From an uncultured Poribacteria bacterium (lineage in GTDB: Bacteria > Poribacteria > WGA-4E > WGA-3G): a stretch of 64,000 bases of DNA. Position 1 is the first letter of the stretch, and each line of letters begins with the position of its first letter. The DNA lies in NCBI GenBank assembly GCA_951813565.1, contig OX638351.1, forward strand, positions 4,736,001 to 4,800,000, given 5' to 3'. The notes below the pieces were generated by a model. It saw nothing but the letters and a program-made list of their open reading frames with translations, had not been told where the DNA came from and did no database searches. The position numbers and the translations under genes are program-made. Below are positions 29,244 through 39,177 of this stretch, one piece after another.

Positions 29244-30002
29244 TTAATTACTCTTAAGTGTTCCCCAGGTGACCGTGAGTTTTCCTTTGCTCTCAACAGG
29301 CAGTCCGTCAGCCGCAAGTTTTTTAATTTCGTCAGCACTTAGCGTCCGGTCATAAATCATGACTTCGTCAATTATACCTTTGAAATATCTGGCACCGCAG
29401 CATTCGTCCCATCCGAACTTTAAGTTCATCACTGTTTGCTCAATGTGGGGAATCTTATTTTCAGCGGAATCGAGTTTGCCATCTTCTCTGTGATAAATAT
29501 AACTCGTCGCTTTATCGGGTTCAATTGCTATCGCGACTAATGCCCATTTATCTTGTGGAATATTAGGTGCCCCTTGCCAATTCCATGTCGTTGCGGCGTT
29601 ATTATTCCAAACATACGTCAAGGTGTTATTCGCAGCAACACCCAACCAGAAAGAAGCAGGATCACTTCGCCCCACAACAATACCAGACCAGTCGATCGTT
29701 TTCCAACCATTGATTCGCGCAACCACCGTAATCGCGGTCGTAACCAACTTAAACTCGTTATCAACAACCGCATGAGCACCGGCGCCATCAAGTTCAAGAG
29801 CGCCACCCATCCAACCGTCTTTGGTCCACTTTGCGCCTTGTTCCAAGGCAGCATCATGTCCATTGCCTGATTTATCTTTTCCATTACCATCCAGCGGCCA
29901 GTATCCAACAAGTCCATCACTCAGTCCCGCCGCAAAAGCAGCCACAGCCCAAAAACTAATGGTAACGACTAAAACCGTAATAACGCTCACTCTGTATTTC
30001 AC
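29244..30002 (-). CDS. Secreted LamG/concanavalin-A-like domain protein with conserved C-terminal tail
   Basis: LVGYWPLDG, FKGIIDEV.IYDR.L; tail PVESKGKLTVTWGTLK. Confidence 0.85.
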   Translation of the reverse strand: MKYRVSVITVLVVTISFWAVAAFAAGLSDGLVGYWPLDGNGKDKSGNGHDAALEQGAKWTKDGWMGGALELDGAGAHAVVDNEFKLVTTAITVVARINGWKTIDWSGIVVGRSDPASFWLGVAANNTLTYVWNNNAATTWNWQGAPNIPQDKWALVAIAIEPDKATSYIYHREDGKLDSAENKIPHIEQTVMNLKFGWDECCGARYFKGIIDEVMIYDRTLSADEIKKLAADGLPVESKGKLTVTWGTLKSN

Positions 30003-30123
30003 CTTTAACTCCTTTTATTGCTGATTGTATCAACCTCGATCTCCAGTGTGGATATATGAGATTTGATTTTGGTAGAGAAAACAGCGACAGATACTATCAC
30101 ACAAGCATCTCTATTAGCGCGTA

Positions 30124-30368
30124 TATGGTGAACTTTATAGTAAAACCCACAATTACCTGGACATTGGCGAGGTTAGGAAACCTCGCCAGCGCGAGCGTGT
30201 AGGGATTGTTGTTGATTGAAATGTGAACATATTTTCGGATTTTACTATAAAATGGGACACATTTTCTGTCCGAGTGATCTCCGAATCGTGACCCAATCCA
30301 CTGATACTTGGGAATCGGAGTTCCCTCGGACAACTGAAAATGTCGTGTTAATTCTAAAATTTACTATG
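30124..30368. mobile_element. Family-A MITE (30136-30249) nested in the left end of another family-A element
   Basis: tatggtgaactt|...|aaatgggacacattttctg; the uninterrupted end is seen at 29177-29230. Confidence 0.75.
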
Positions 30369-30711
30369 CATGAATCAGTTAACTGAGGGGTGCGCATAAA
30401 TAATTCCGATGTTAAATATGCGCTTAAAGGTAATAGGCACACGCCGTGGGTTTCCGTCCACAAGTTCAAAGAGGCGCAGCATGCCACACGGGGAATGCCA
30501 TAAGGCATTCGGACCCGGTGAATGACTAAAGACGAATGCGCTTTTGGCATTCGCCATGATTCATACCGTTGATTTCTTGATTTGGCGCATGCTGCGTTGA
30601 TTTGGCAATGAATTGCGCGACTACAAACGCATTTCTATAAATCAAGCGGTGCCTGGCGTCTGTCCCTGTCTGTGTTGATGCGCCAAATATTTATGCACAC
30701 CCCTCAGGTAA

Positions 30712-31374
30712 CTAACGATCCCTTTTGATACCTCCCCAGGTTGTTGCTAATTTATTCAGCGGTTCTACTGGGGTGCCATCTCCTTCAATATCATCACCAG
30801 AAACCGTGAAGTCATCAAAACTTACCCCAGTTTCCCATCCCCAGACACCGACTTGGCCAGCACCATATACAGCATCAGCAAATTCACCTTGTTCTTCGCC
30901 ATCAATTGAGAGTGCCATGATATCACTCCCAACGCTAACTTTCATGTCATGCCATTTGCCTCTTTCAATTGTGATGTTTTTTCCTGGCAGTTGACCGATA
31001 TTGTCGCGGGCGGTCCAACCACCTGTTTTGTGCCGCCAGAGTTCTGTTTTGTTATCCGGCACATTAAAATAAAAGACATAGTATTCCATTTCGCTTTTTG
31101 CGCGGAATGCAATGCCTGCCCAATTACCTTCATCAATGCGAACTTTCGCTTCAATTGTGTAGTCTGTCCAAGCGACATCACCAACGAGGGAATGTTCCGC
31201 TGCGGCACCCTTATTAAGCTTATAGATGCCGTCTTCTACGCTCCAGTTTCCATTAGCAACCTTCCAGTCGTCTGCACCAGAGTCAAAAGTCCATAATTGT
31301 GCACCTGCGAAACTGTTAGAGACAGACACTGCTATGAAGCAAAATCCGATCATAATCAAAAATAAACGTTTCAT
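30712..31374 (-). CDS. Secreted DUF1080 (3-keto-disaccharide hydrolase-like) protein with conserved C-terminal tail
   Basis: W.DYT..AK, GIAFR, FDDF.V; tail PVEPLNKLATTWGGIK. Confidence 0.75.
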   Translation of the reverse strand: MKRLFLIMIGFCFIAVSVSNSFAGAQLWTFDSGADDWKVANGNWSVEDGIYKLNKGAAAEHSLVGDVAWTDYTIEAKVRIDEGNWAGIAFRAKSEMEYYVFYFNVPDNKTELWRHKTGGWTARDNIGQLPGKNITIERGKWHDMKVSVGSDIMALSIDGEEQGEFADAVYGAGQVGVWGWETGVSFDDFTVSGDDIEGDGTPVEPLNKLATTWGGIKRDR

Positions 31375-31472
31375 TAATTCTCCTTTTTATCCATATAAAC
31401 CCAGACTCGCGTTGGGTTATTTCAATGTGAAAAGCGCGCTGTCAAAGCGCGCCTCCAGTAATAAAGGGTTTC

Positions 31473-32156
31473 TCAACGAACCTGTTTGAGACGTCCCCAT
31501 GTTGTTGTAAGTTTGTGGCTTGGGTCAACAGCGAGCGTATCCTCTATGTTATCACCGGAAACGGTGAAATCATCAAAACTTGCTCCAGTTTCCCATCCCC
31601 AAACCCCAACTTTGCCTTTATCATAAACATTATCCGTATCTTCGATCTGTTTTTCATCATTGATATACAGCGTAAATTTGTTGTCCTCAACGACTACCTT
31701 CACATCAAGCCATTCATCGTTTGCAATTTTGACGCCTCCAATTGCAGGTGGCTGAGAAATGTTGTCACGTGCAGCCCAACCCCCGGCTTTGTGTCGCCAC
31801 AGTTCAGATATATTGCTGGGAACATTCAAATAATAGACATAATATTCCATTTCGCTTTTGGCTCGGAATACAATACCTGCCCAATTTCCCTCATCAAGTC
31901 GGATTTTCGCCTGAATGGTATAGTCGTCCCAATCTTCTTCACCAATAAGCGAATGTTCAGCTTGACCACCCTTGCTAAGCTGGTAGACACCATCTTTGAT
32001 TTGCCAATTGCCGTTAGCAACTTTCCAGTCCCCGTAATCTTTCTCAAAATCCCACAGTTGTGTCCCTGCGGATGCTGGAAAAGAAATCAGCACACTACAA
32101 AGAATGAAAAGACCCAAAACGGCTAATTTCGTCAATACGCTATAATTTTTTAACAT
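31473..32156 (-). CDS. Secreted DUF1080-like protein, paralogue of the downstream gene
   Basis: Shares FRAKSEMEYY and GVWGWETG; AAGGAG SD before ATG 32156; tail AVDPSHKLTTTWGRLK. Confidence 0.75.
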   Translation of the reverse strand: MLKNYSVLTKLAVLGLFILCSVLISFPASAGTQLWDFEKDYGDWKVANGNWQIKDGVYQLSKGGQAEHSLIGEEDWDDYTIQAKIRLDEGNWAGIVFRAKSEMEYYVYYLNVPSNISELWRHKAGGWAARDNISQPPAIGGVKIANDEWLDVKVVVEDNKFTLYINDEKQIEDTDNVYDKGKVGVWGWETGASFDDFTVSGDNIEDTLAVDPSHKLTTTWGRLKQVR

Positions 32157-32190
32157 TTTAACTCCTTTCTTTTTGTCAAATTCTACGATC

Positions 32191-32571
32191 TTAATATACA
32201 TAAGATATGAATTGAGTTTCACTTGGTGCGTCCTGTTCAATTATATCCTGTTGTAGTGCATGGTCCGCTTGCACAACGAGGAGACAAACATTGAAGTATT
32301 CTCCAATGCAACAACAAAAACCCGCGACGATATGCCTCGTTTGATAACGAAGCACGTGCGGGCACAAAAATATCGCAGCATATAAATCCTGCAATAAGAC
32401 CTTGTGATATATATGAAAAATTAACGAATTTTCGGGGGGGGGGGGGGGGGGGTATAATGAAGCTCTGGTTAAAACAAATCCAGCGGGTATTGTGCAAAAA
32501 CAATCCTGTTCAGAAAGTAGGAACCCTACGAACTTATTTCCGATTGACGATTTCGCATATCTATACTTCAT
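32191..32571 (-). promoter_or_regulatory. Conserved leader with uORF, C19 tract and two hairpins (copy 2)
   Basis: G19 at 32434-32452 on + strand; similar to 11905-12219. Confidence 0.7.
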
Positions 32572-32646
32572 TTTATCCTCAGGTATCCAGTACTAAACTG
32601 CGTGGCATTATAATATTCTATTCGCGTCATGCGATTTGTAAAATTC

Positions 32647-32675
32647 ATTATACTTAACATCTTGTAGAATGTCAA
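32647..32675 (-). promoter_or_regulatory. Consensus sigma70 promoter driving the leader
   Basis: TTGACA-17-TATAAT on the minus strand. Confidence 0.8.
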
Positions 32676-33018
32676 CTTTTCTTGAAAATGGGTGTGTAAA
32701 TATTTTGGCATTAACCATGTCATTTTCTTGTTGGAGGGCTTCGTCCGCCCGATAAATCCAAATCAACGCCTCATGCGCGTATGGCATTCACATTAAACAC
32801 CGCTAACCTTAAGAAAATGTCCAGGTGTTTTTAGATTTTACTGTAATCTGAAAGTATAGAGCTGGACACCTGTTCTTACAGAAGATAGGCATTTAACAAA
32901 CGATTGAAAATATGGAGAACTAAATGACCTGTGAAATTGAGTATGTAAAATTGCCATGAAGAATTACGGAGACTGTGTGTCGGACATGAATGTGCGGATT
33001 CGAGGTCATACTCATTAT

Positions 33019-34677
33019 TTATCTTCTTTCCTCTATGACAAGCACTTGATTCGGCTTAACGTTTTTAAAGGTTTCAATATGTCCACAAACCCAGTGAACT
33101 GTAACTGAGCCAACCTGCTTGATATCTCCTAATCCGAAGTGTAGGCGTAAGTCGTTCTGACTAAGATAACCCGATCCGCTTTTGACCTCTCTTATTTGTG
33201 ACGATTTACCTGCCGTAACAGTCACACGTGCCCCAATCGCATCACGCGTACAATGTGTGCCAACCAACTTTAGACTTAACCAATTCCCAAAATTACCGCC
33301 ATCATTCCGTAAAACGGTAGGACTATCTTTCAAATTAGCGACAACTATATCTATGTCGCCATCATTATCAATATCTCCGAACGCTGCACCGCGACTTACC
33401 TTTGGTGGCACATTGACTTCAGCTATTTCAAAGATGGTACCCCGATTGTTCCAAAAAAGTTGATTTACTTGGGCATACTTGCCAACTGGATCAATCTCCG
33501 CGATATTGTCATCAAGGTGACCGTTAGCGACGAACAGATCAAGCCAACCATCATTGTTAAAATCCACAAAATCGACACCCCATGCCAAATAGGGCAAACT
33601 CTTTTCACCTATTCCTGTGGCGAAGCTAAGATCGTTGAAAAACCCGTTTTGTGAGTTATGATACATGTTATTCACTTGGTCTTGAAAGTTAGTTATAACG
33701 ATATCCAAAAAACCATCGTTGTCAAAATCACCGAGGTTAGCACCCATGCCGCTAAAGGCGCGTCCATCTTCACTCAAGGCAACCCCTGCGAAAAGTGCAT
33801 CTTCAGTAAATGTTCCGTTGCCATTGTTTAGATAGAGAAGATTGGGAGTGGTATCATTTGCAACAAAGATGTCAATGGCACCATCATTATCAACGTCACC
33901 GCAAACAACACCCAATCCTTTGCCAGGTAATGCAGTAATCCCTGCTTTTTTTGTCACATCAGTAAATGTTCCGTTGCCGTTGTTATGGTAAAGTCTATCT
34001 GATTCACCTTCAAGGGCTTCAGGGGTACAATAAGTTCGAATACCATTTCGCGAGCATATCGGATTCGCATCCAGGTCAAATTTGACATAGTTGACAACAT
34101 AGAGGTCCAAATGCCCATCTGCATCATAATCAAGAAACGCACACCCGCTGCTGAGTTGATTGCCGCCAATGCCTGTGTGACCAGTTACATTTGAGAACGT
34201 ACCGTCTCCATTATTTTCATAAAGCACATTCGGGCCGTAGTTTGTTACATAGATATCCATGTAGCCATCGTTGTTGTAATCACCTACGCAACATCCTAAA
34301 CCGTAACCTGTGTCACCTACAGACGCTGCAGATGTCACATCAACATATTTACCATTATCATTGCGATAAAGCGTATTTTTAGAGGCAGTTGGAGAGGCTG
34401 TACTGGTTAAATCTCGCCCATTCACGAGATAAAGATCTAAATCGCCATCGTTATCAAAGTCGATGAGTGCGATTCCTCTTCCGAGTGGTTCAATGAAGTA
34501 TTTTTTCCCACTTTCGCCATTTACATCATAAAATTGGATACCGATTTCTGTTGTAACATCAGTAAACCGTACTTTTTCATTTTTATAAGTAGCTTCCTGT
34601 GCCTTGCAACTGTTTCCTTCGGATATCAATAACGCGATAGACAATATCGTGAGAAATATTAAATGTTTATACTGCAT
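33019..34677 (-). CDS. CRTAC1-like FG-GAP repeat + ASPIC/UnbV protein
   Basis: Repeated D.DNDG..D motifs, AIGARV, SG.GYLSQ...LHFGLG. Confidence 0.9.
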   Translation of the reverse strand: MQYKHLIFLTILSIALLISEGNSCKAQEATYKNEKVRFTDVTTEIGIQFYDVNGESGKKYFIEPLGRGIALIDFDNDGDLDLYLVNGRDLTSTASPTASKNTLYRNDNGKYVDVTSAASVGDTGYGLGCCVGDYNNDGYMDIYVTNYGPNVLYENNGDGTFSNVTGHTGIGGNQLSSGCAFLDYDADGHLDLYVVNYVKFDLDANPICSRNGIRTYCTPEALEGESDRLYHNNGNGTFTDVTKKAGITALPGKGLGVVCGDVDNDGAIDIFVANDTTPNLLYLNNGNGTFTEDALFAGVALSEDGRAFSGMGANLGDFDNDGFLDIVITNFQDQVNNMYHNSQNGFFNDLSFATGIGEKSLPYLAWGVDFVDFNNDGWLDLFVANGHLDDNIAEIDPVGKYAQVNQLFWNNRGTIFEIAEVNVPPKVSRGAAFGDIDNDGDIDIVVANLKDSPTVLRNDGGNFGNWLSLKLVGTHCTRDAIGARVTVTAGKSSQIREVKSGSGYLSQNDLRLHFGLGDIKQVGSVTVHWVCGHIETFKNVKPNQVLVIEERR

Positions 34678-34912
34678 AAGATGTATATGTGTAATGGAAA
34701 AAAGAGGATAATTGTATAAAGGAGATAGGACCCACTTTTTGTGAGACAACTTTTTGAATATAGAGGTACTTTGAAATTTGGGAAAATCCTGAAATTGATT
34801 AAAAATTTTAATGTTCACGTTAGCGTACAACGCATTTTTTTATAGAATCTGATATAATATACAGAAAAATATTTTTATGGGCAAATTTGTATAGCGGTGT
34901 TCGGATTGAATA

Positions 34913-35351
34913 TATAGTAAAACCTATAATTAATGGGACACTTCTGTAGTGCAAACTTTATGAAGATTAATTTATTAATTCGGTCCTTCTGATCTCTTTT
35001 CTGTCTGAATCACGGATTATCGCGGAGAACGCAGAGGACGCGGAATTAAGAGTTTCTTTGTTACCGACCCGTCTCTTGCGAAAGGAAATGTAGCAGACAC
35101 AAAAGCATTTTCCGCGTCCTCTGTGTTCTCTGTGCCTTCCGCGATTCAGACAACCAGATAATGCACCTCATACAAGAAAAACATAAAACAAGATGTCTAT
35201 CGTTAGAAAATTACCGAAATATATTCTTAATCTTCATTTAGTTTGCGTCTCATAAGGCACAAACTAAAAGTTTGTGCTACAACTTCTATTGTCCATTATC
35301 TTTCCAAGACAAGTTTATCAAAGTGTCCCAATAATTTCAAAGTTCACTATA
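34913..35351. mobile_element. Family-A MITE interrupted by a family-F MITE (34961-35236, TTTA duplication)
   Basis: Flanks match 7383-7542; inner TIR tgaagattaa / ttaatcttca. Confidence 0.85.
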
Positions 35352-35353
35352 AT

Positions 35354-35977
35354 TTAGTCTTGTGCATCCCTACTGAACGCAGTTTCAAAGCGTTGCCGCA
35401 ATATATCTGGGCTGGTATGCATATAGATAAGCGTTGCGTCTAAACTTGTGTGTCCTAATGCAATGCGTACCGATTCTAAATCGTGCGTAGCGCGATAGAG
35501 TTCTGTGCCGAAGGTATGGCGTAAATCGTGGGGGGTGAATCTTAGCCCTAACATTGCTGATGCTGCTTCCATGATTCGCTGAAAGTCTCGGGGTGCGAGG
35601 CGGTTTTTTGTGCGGAGCGTGCAAAACAGGGGACTGTCCACATCGTCTTTTTCGCCTTGTTCAGTTTTCCACATTAAGAAATCGTGGAGTGCGTCTCGGA
35701 CATCGTTGACGAGAGGAAGTCTCCTTGAAACCTTATTTTTTGCGATTTCTGACCGGACTTCTAACGTAGTAACAATGTTTCCAAATTTGAGCACATCCCC
35801 GATATTCATGCCGCATGCCTCAGCGTTTCGGAGTCCTGTTCGGAGGCAAAAGAGTACGAGCATTCTATCGCGTTCTCTATTTTTGAGTGTTTCTAAAAGG
35901 ATTCTCTGTTGTAATTCGTCGAGTACTCGGGGTTGTTGTACTTTTTTTCTTTTTGATTTCGCCATTTGGCTCTCCAT
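35354..35977 (-). CDS. Tyrosine recombinase, catalytic domain only
   Basis: GLR..E, K, HDLRH, LGH, Y catalytic set in 207 aa. Confidence 0.9.
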   Translation of the reverse strand: MESQMAKSKRKKVQQPRVLDELQQRILLETLKNRERDRMLVLFCLRTGLRNAEACGMNIGDVLKFGNIVTTLEVRSEIAKNKVSRRLPLVNDVRDALHDFLMWKTEQGEKDDVDSPLFCTLRTKNRLAPRDFQRIMEAASAMLGLRFTPHDLRHTFGTELYRATHDLESVRIALGHTSLDATLIYMHTSPDILRQRFETAFSRDAQD

Positions 35978-36488
35978 AAAAATTTGACGATTTTGATTGT
36001 ATCATTTTTCGTTTTCAGGGTCAACATTTTAATGACGTTTTGCACGTACAATACGTCATTAAATGCCTGTACAGTTACATTTCGTATTCTGTTATTTCTA
36101 TTTTCCAACCGTTACCTGTTACAAATTTTTTTGATCTAACCCGCCGACAAAAATGTTGCATTTGCACTCGCAATGGTGTATGCTAATTAAAAATAATTTT
36201 TTCACCCGTTTGTTCCATTTTTTAATTTCATATAACCTCGTCAAAAATTTGGTGTGTTTTCTTATCCCGCACATTTTCATGTCTATCTTATTTCTGTACA
36301 GGTAACACCTTAAATATATTTGTGCCAATTCGTTCCATTTAACAGTTTATGTTTCCCATGTGGGATATACGTTTAATTAAGGTCCGTCTGTCAATGTTAA
36401 TTTTTCAGATTGTATTTCACAAACCATTTATACTTTATAAATCTAATTCACTTCTTCAATCCAATATTTTCGAACAGGAGGAATCGTC

Positions 36489-37502
36489 TTGAAAAAAAAG
36501 TGGCGTCTTCTTATCCCTATTTTTCTTACATGCCTAATAATTATAGAAACCACCCCCGCAGCAATTAAGGTCGGTTTAATTTACGATGTGCGCGGTCGAG
36601 GTGATCTCTCTTTTTGTGACGCTGCATACACAGGTGCTAAAAAAGCTGCTGATAAATGGGATATTAAACTTACCGAGGTTAATCCCGGACAAAGCACCGA
36701 TACGGAAATAACATTGCGCCGTCTCGCAAAATTGAAATACGATCTCATCATCGGTGTCGGTTTCCTTTTTAGAGAACCGATGAACCGTGTTGCAGTTGAT
36801 TATCCAAATGTCAACTTCGCACTGATTGATGCTGAAGCTGAACCTGACAATGTGGCATCACTTATTTATAAGGCGCATGAGGGGACGTTCCTCGCTGGTG
36901 TCATCGCAGCATTAAAAACAGATACAAAAAAGGTGGGGTTTGTCGGCGGTATGAAGATTCCACTCGTTGAAGCATTTGAAATCGGATTTGCGGCTGGCAT
37001 AAAAGCAACTAACCCAGAGATTGAACTTCTTGTCAATTATGTTGGCGTTACCCCGCAAGCTTTTGATGACCCGGCAAAAGGAAAAGAATTAGCACTCGCA
37101 CAATATAATAAAGGGGTAGATATTATTATTGCAGCTGCTGGGGCAAGCGGATTAGGTGCGCTTGAAGCAGCGAAACAGACAAACAAATATATTATTTGGG
37201 TGGATTCAAATGGGAACGGTTTAATTCCGGGTCAGGTACTCACAAGTATTATTAAAGGTGTAGAATTGTCTGTTTATCAGATGATAGAAAATGTTGTGTC
37301 CGGAACTTTCACAGGTGGGCTAAAGAATTATGGTTTAAAAGAGGGTGGTATAGAATATATTGTTGATGAAGACAACAAAACGTTGTTATCTGAAGATATT
37401 TTGAAAAAGGTTGAGGAATTTAAGGCAAAGATTATTGCAGAAGAAATTGTGGTGCCGCATCTGCGTTCGCAAACCAAGTCAACCGAGAAAAAGAGGAAAT
37501 AA
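36489..37502 (+). CDS. BMP-family ABC transporter substrate-binding protein
   Basis: GDLSF, VGFVGG, F.DPAKG, AAG.SG.G, YGLKEGG. Confidence 0.9.
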   Translation: MKKKWRLLIPIFLTCLIIIETTPAAIKVGLIYDVRGRGDLSFCDAAYTGAKKAADKWDIKLTEVNPGQSTDTEITLRRLAKLKYDLIIGVGFLFREPMNRVAVDYPNVNFALIDAEAEPDNVASLIYKAHEGTFLAGVIAALKTDTKKVGFVGGMKIPLVEAFEIGFAAGIKATNPEIELLVNYVGVTPQAFDDPAKGKELALAQYNKGVDIIIAAAGASGLGALEAAKQTNKYIIWVDSNGNGLIPGQVLTSIIKGVELSVYQMIENVVSGTFTGGLKNYGLKEGGIEYIVDEDNKTLLSEDILKKVEEFKAKIIAEEIVVPHLRSQTKSTEKKRK

Positions 37503-37505
37503 TTT

Positions 37506-38465
37506 GTGGATCGACTCAAAATTGTTGTTCCCGGTGACGCACCGCCCCAAATTCAAGGATCGCCGCATCTGGAACGTTTAAAACCTTATGGCGACGTTGA
37601 AGTATATACGGATCGTCCAGAAACTGCAGAAGAAAAAGTCCGCCGTGCTGAAGATGCGGATATTCTCATTAATTCACGCGGAATGGTAAAATGGCACGCA
37701 GATGTATTACCATATCTGCCAAAACTAAAACTCATCTCACTCTGCTCAATTGGCACTGATATGATTGCACTTGATGCGGCAAAAAAGAGAGGGATCGTTG
37801 TTTGTAATCAGCCCGGCAGAACTGCCCCTATTGTTGCAGAACACAGCTTCGGTTTAATGTTTGCGCTCGCGAAACGTGCCGCTTTTATGACTACATCTAT
37901 GCAAGTGGGGAAATGGCCGCGTATGGATAACGTTTATTTGCAAGGTAAAACGCTTGGGATTGTCGGCACAGGACACATCGGTTCGGAGATGGCACGCCTC
38001 GCTAAATCAATCGGGATGAACGTTATCGCATGGACATATCATCCGTCTGCTAAACGTGCGAAACAACTCGGCATCCGATATGTTTCTTTTGAGGATCTGC
38101 TGCGGATGTCTGATGTTGTAAGTCTACACGTTAAATTGACAGATGATAGTTTTCATCTTATCGGGGAACGCGAACTTGCATTGATGAAACCGAATGCGCT
38201 TTTAATTAATGTAGCACGTGGACAAATAATTGACACAGACGCACTTGTTCATGCACTAAACAGCGGACACCTTGGCGGCGCTGCGATTGATGTTTATGAA
38301 CAGGAACCGCCTCCCGCAGATCACCCGCTTTTAACATGTGAACAGGTAATTTTAACGCCGCATTGCGCTGATATGACGCCCGAAGGTGTTGACCTGCTTA
38401 ATGAAGGCGCGGTTGACAATATCATCTCTTTTTTAGAAGGCAACCCGAAAAACGTGGTTGTGTGA
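37506..38465 (+). CDS. D-2-hydroxyacid dehydrogenase family protein
   Basis: VAEH, GIVGTGHIG, INVARG, DVYEQEP, TPH. Confidence 0.9.
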   Translation: MDRLKIVVPGDAPPQIQGSPHLERLKPYGDVEVYTDRPETAEEKVRRAEDADILINSRGMVKWHADVLPYLPKLKLISLCSIGTDMIALDAAKKRGIVVCNQPGRTAPIVAEHSFGLMFALAKRAAFMTTSMQVGKWPRMDNVYLQGKTLGIVGTGHIGSEMARLAKSIGMNVIAWTYHPSAKRAKQLGIRYVSFEDLLRMSDVVSLHVKLTDDSFHLIGERELALMKPNALLINVARGQIIDTDALVHALNSGHLGGAAIDVYEQEPPPADHPLLTCEQVILTPHCADMTPEGVDLLNEGAVDNIISFLEGNPKNVVV

Positions 38466-38593
38466 CGATAAATCGGATAAACAGACTGTTACCTTAATAT
38501 ACTATAGTTTGGACAATTTTTAGAGTTCTTAGGTAATAGTCTGCCTTAAAAGAACAACTCTTGACATCAATATCGGTTTATTGATACACCTTT

Positions 38594-38811
38594 CGCCCCG
38601 CTGGGGCTAAAGAGGGTTTGTTCACGATGTTTCTATAAACATTCCGCCCCGACAAATGCCATACGGGGAATGCCAAAAGGCATTCATACCCGGTGAATGA
38701 CTAAAGACGAATGCGCTTGGTAGAATACGCTTTTGGTATTCTACATGATTCGCCATGATTCATACCGTTGATTTCTTGATTTGGCGCATTTGGCGTTGAT
38801 TTGGCTGGGGC
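38594..38811. repeat. Twin cgccccgctggggct hairpins, the second split by a 153-bp micro-hairpin array (38651-38803)
   Basis: Direct comparison of the empty and filled copies. Confidence 0.85.
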
Positions 38812-38940
38812 TGCTCTTATTTGCCATGAGGATCTTTTTCTGTGAGTTACGTCCCCGTGAAAAACTCAACGAAAAATGAGAAATACTTGAAAACAGACCA
38901 TGAAATAGTAGTTCGTCCGTCGGGTAGAGCGAATGCGAAA

Positions 38941-39177
38941 CCCATAGGTGTCAACTTAAAGAAATTTACGCGTGCTAAATACCCAACTTATGAGATGACG
39001 ATAGGTGCGCGTTGTAAGTGCGCTGTTTTATCTTCCTGTAGGAGCGACCTCCTGGTCGCGACATATTACGAACGGTCGCGAGCTGGAGATCGCTCCTACA
39101 AGAAGAAAATCGAGCGGACAAGGTTTCCCTCCCACAAGAGAAAATCCAGCATTTTTTCTTAAGTTTACACCTATGGG
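38941..39177. mobile_element. Family-C MITE flanked by a 22-bp direct repeat of a REP
   Basis: gggtagagcgaatgcgaaaccc (38922-38943) and gggtagagcgactgcgaaaccc (39175-39196). Confidence 0.8.

Noticed and set aside
34678..34830. N-terminal extensions in the ORF track (also 8832-8903, 32157-32240)
   Set aside because: Downstream ATGs place the signal peptide or TM helix at the N-terminus and, for 8831 and 32156, have SD motifs
34913..35977. Integron (integrase plus attC cassettes)
   Set aside because: Recombinase is too short and lacks the IntI-specific insertion; repeats lack attC R''/R' boxes and show transposon-type duplications
36161..36187. CIRCE-like inverted repeat
   Set aside because: Spacer is 8 not 9 nt with several mismatches, and no chaperone gene is adjacent; better explained as a sigma70 promoter
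36310..36329. sigma54 promoter upstream of the recombinase
   Set aside because: TGGCAC present but the -12 TTGC is missing
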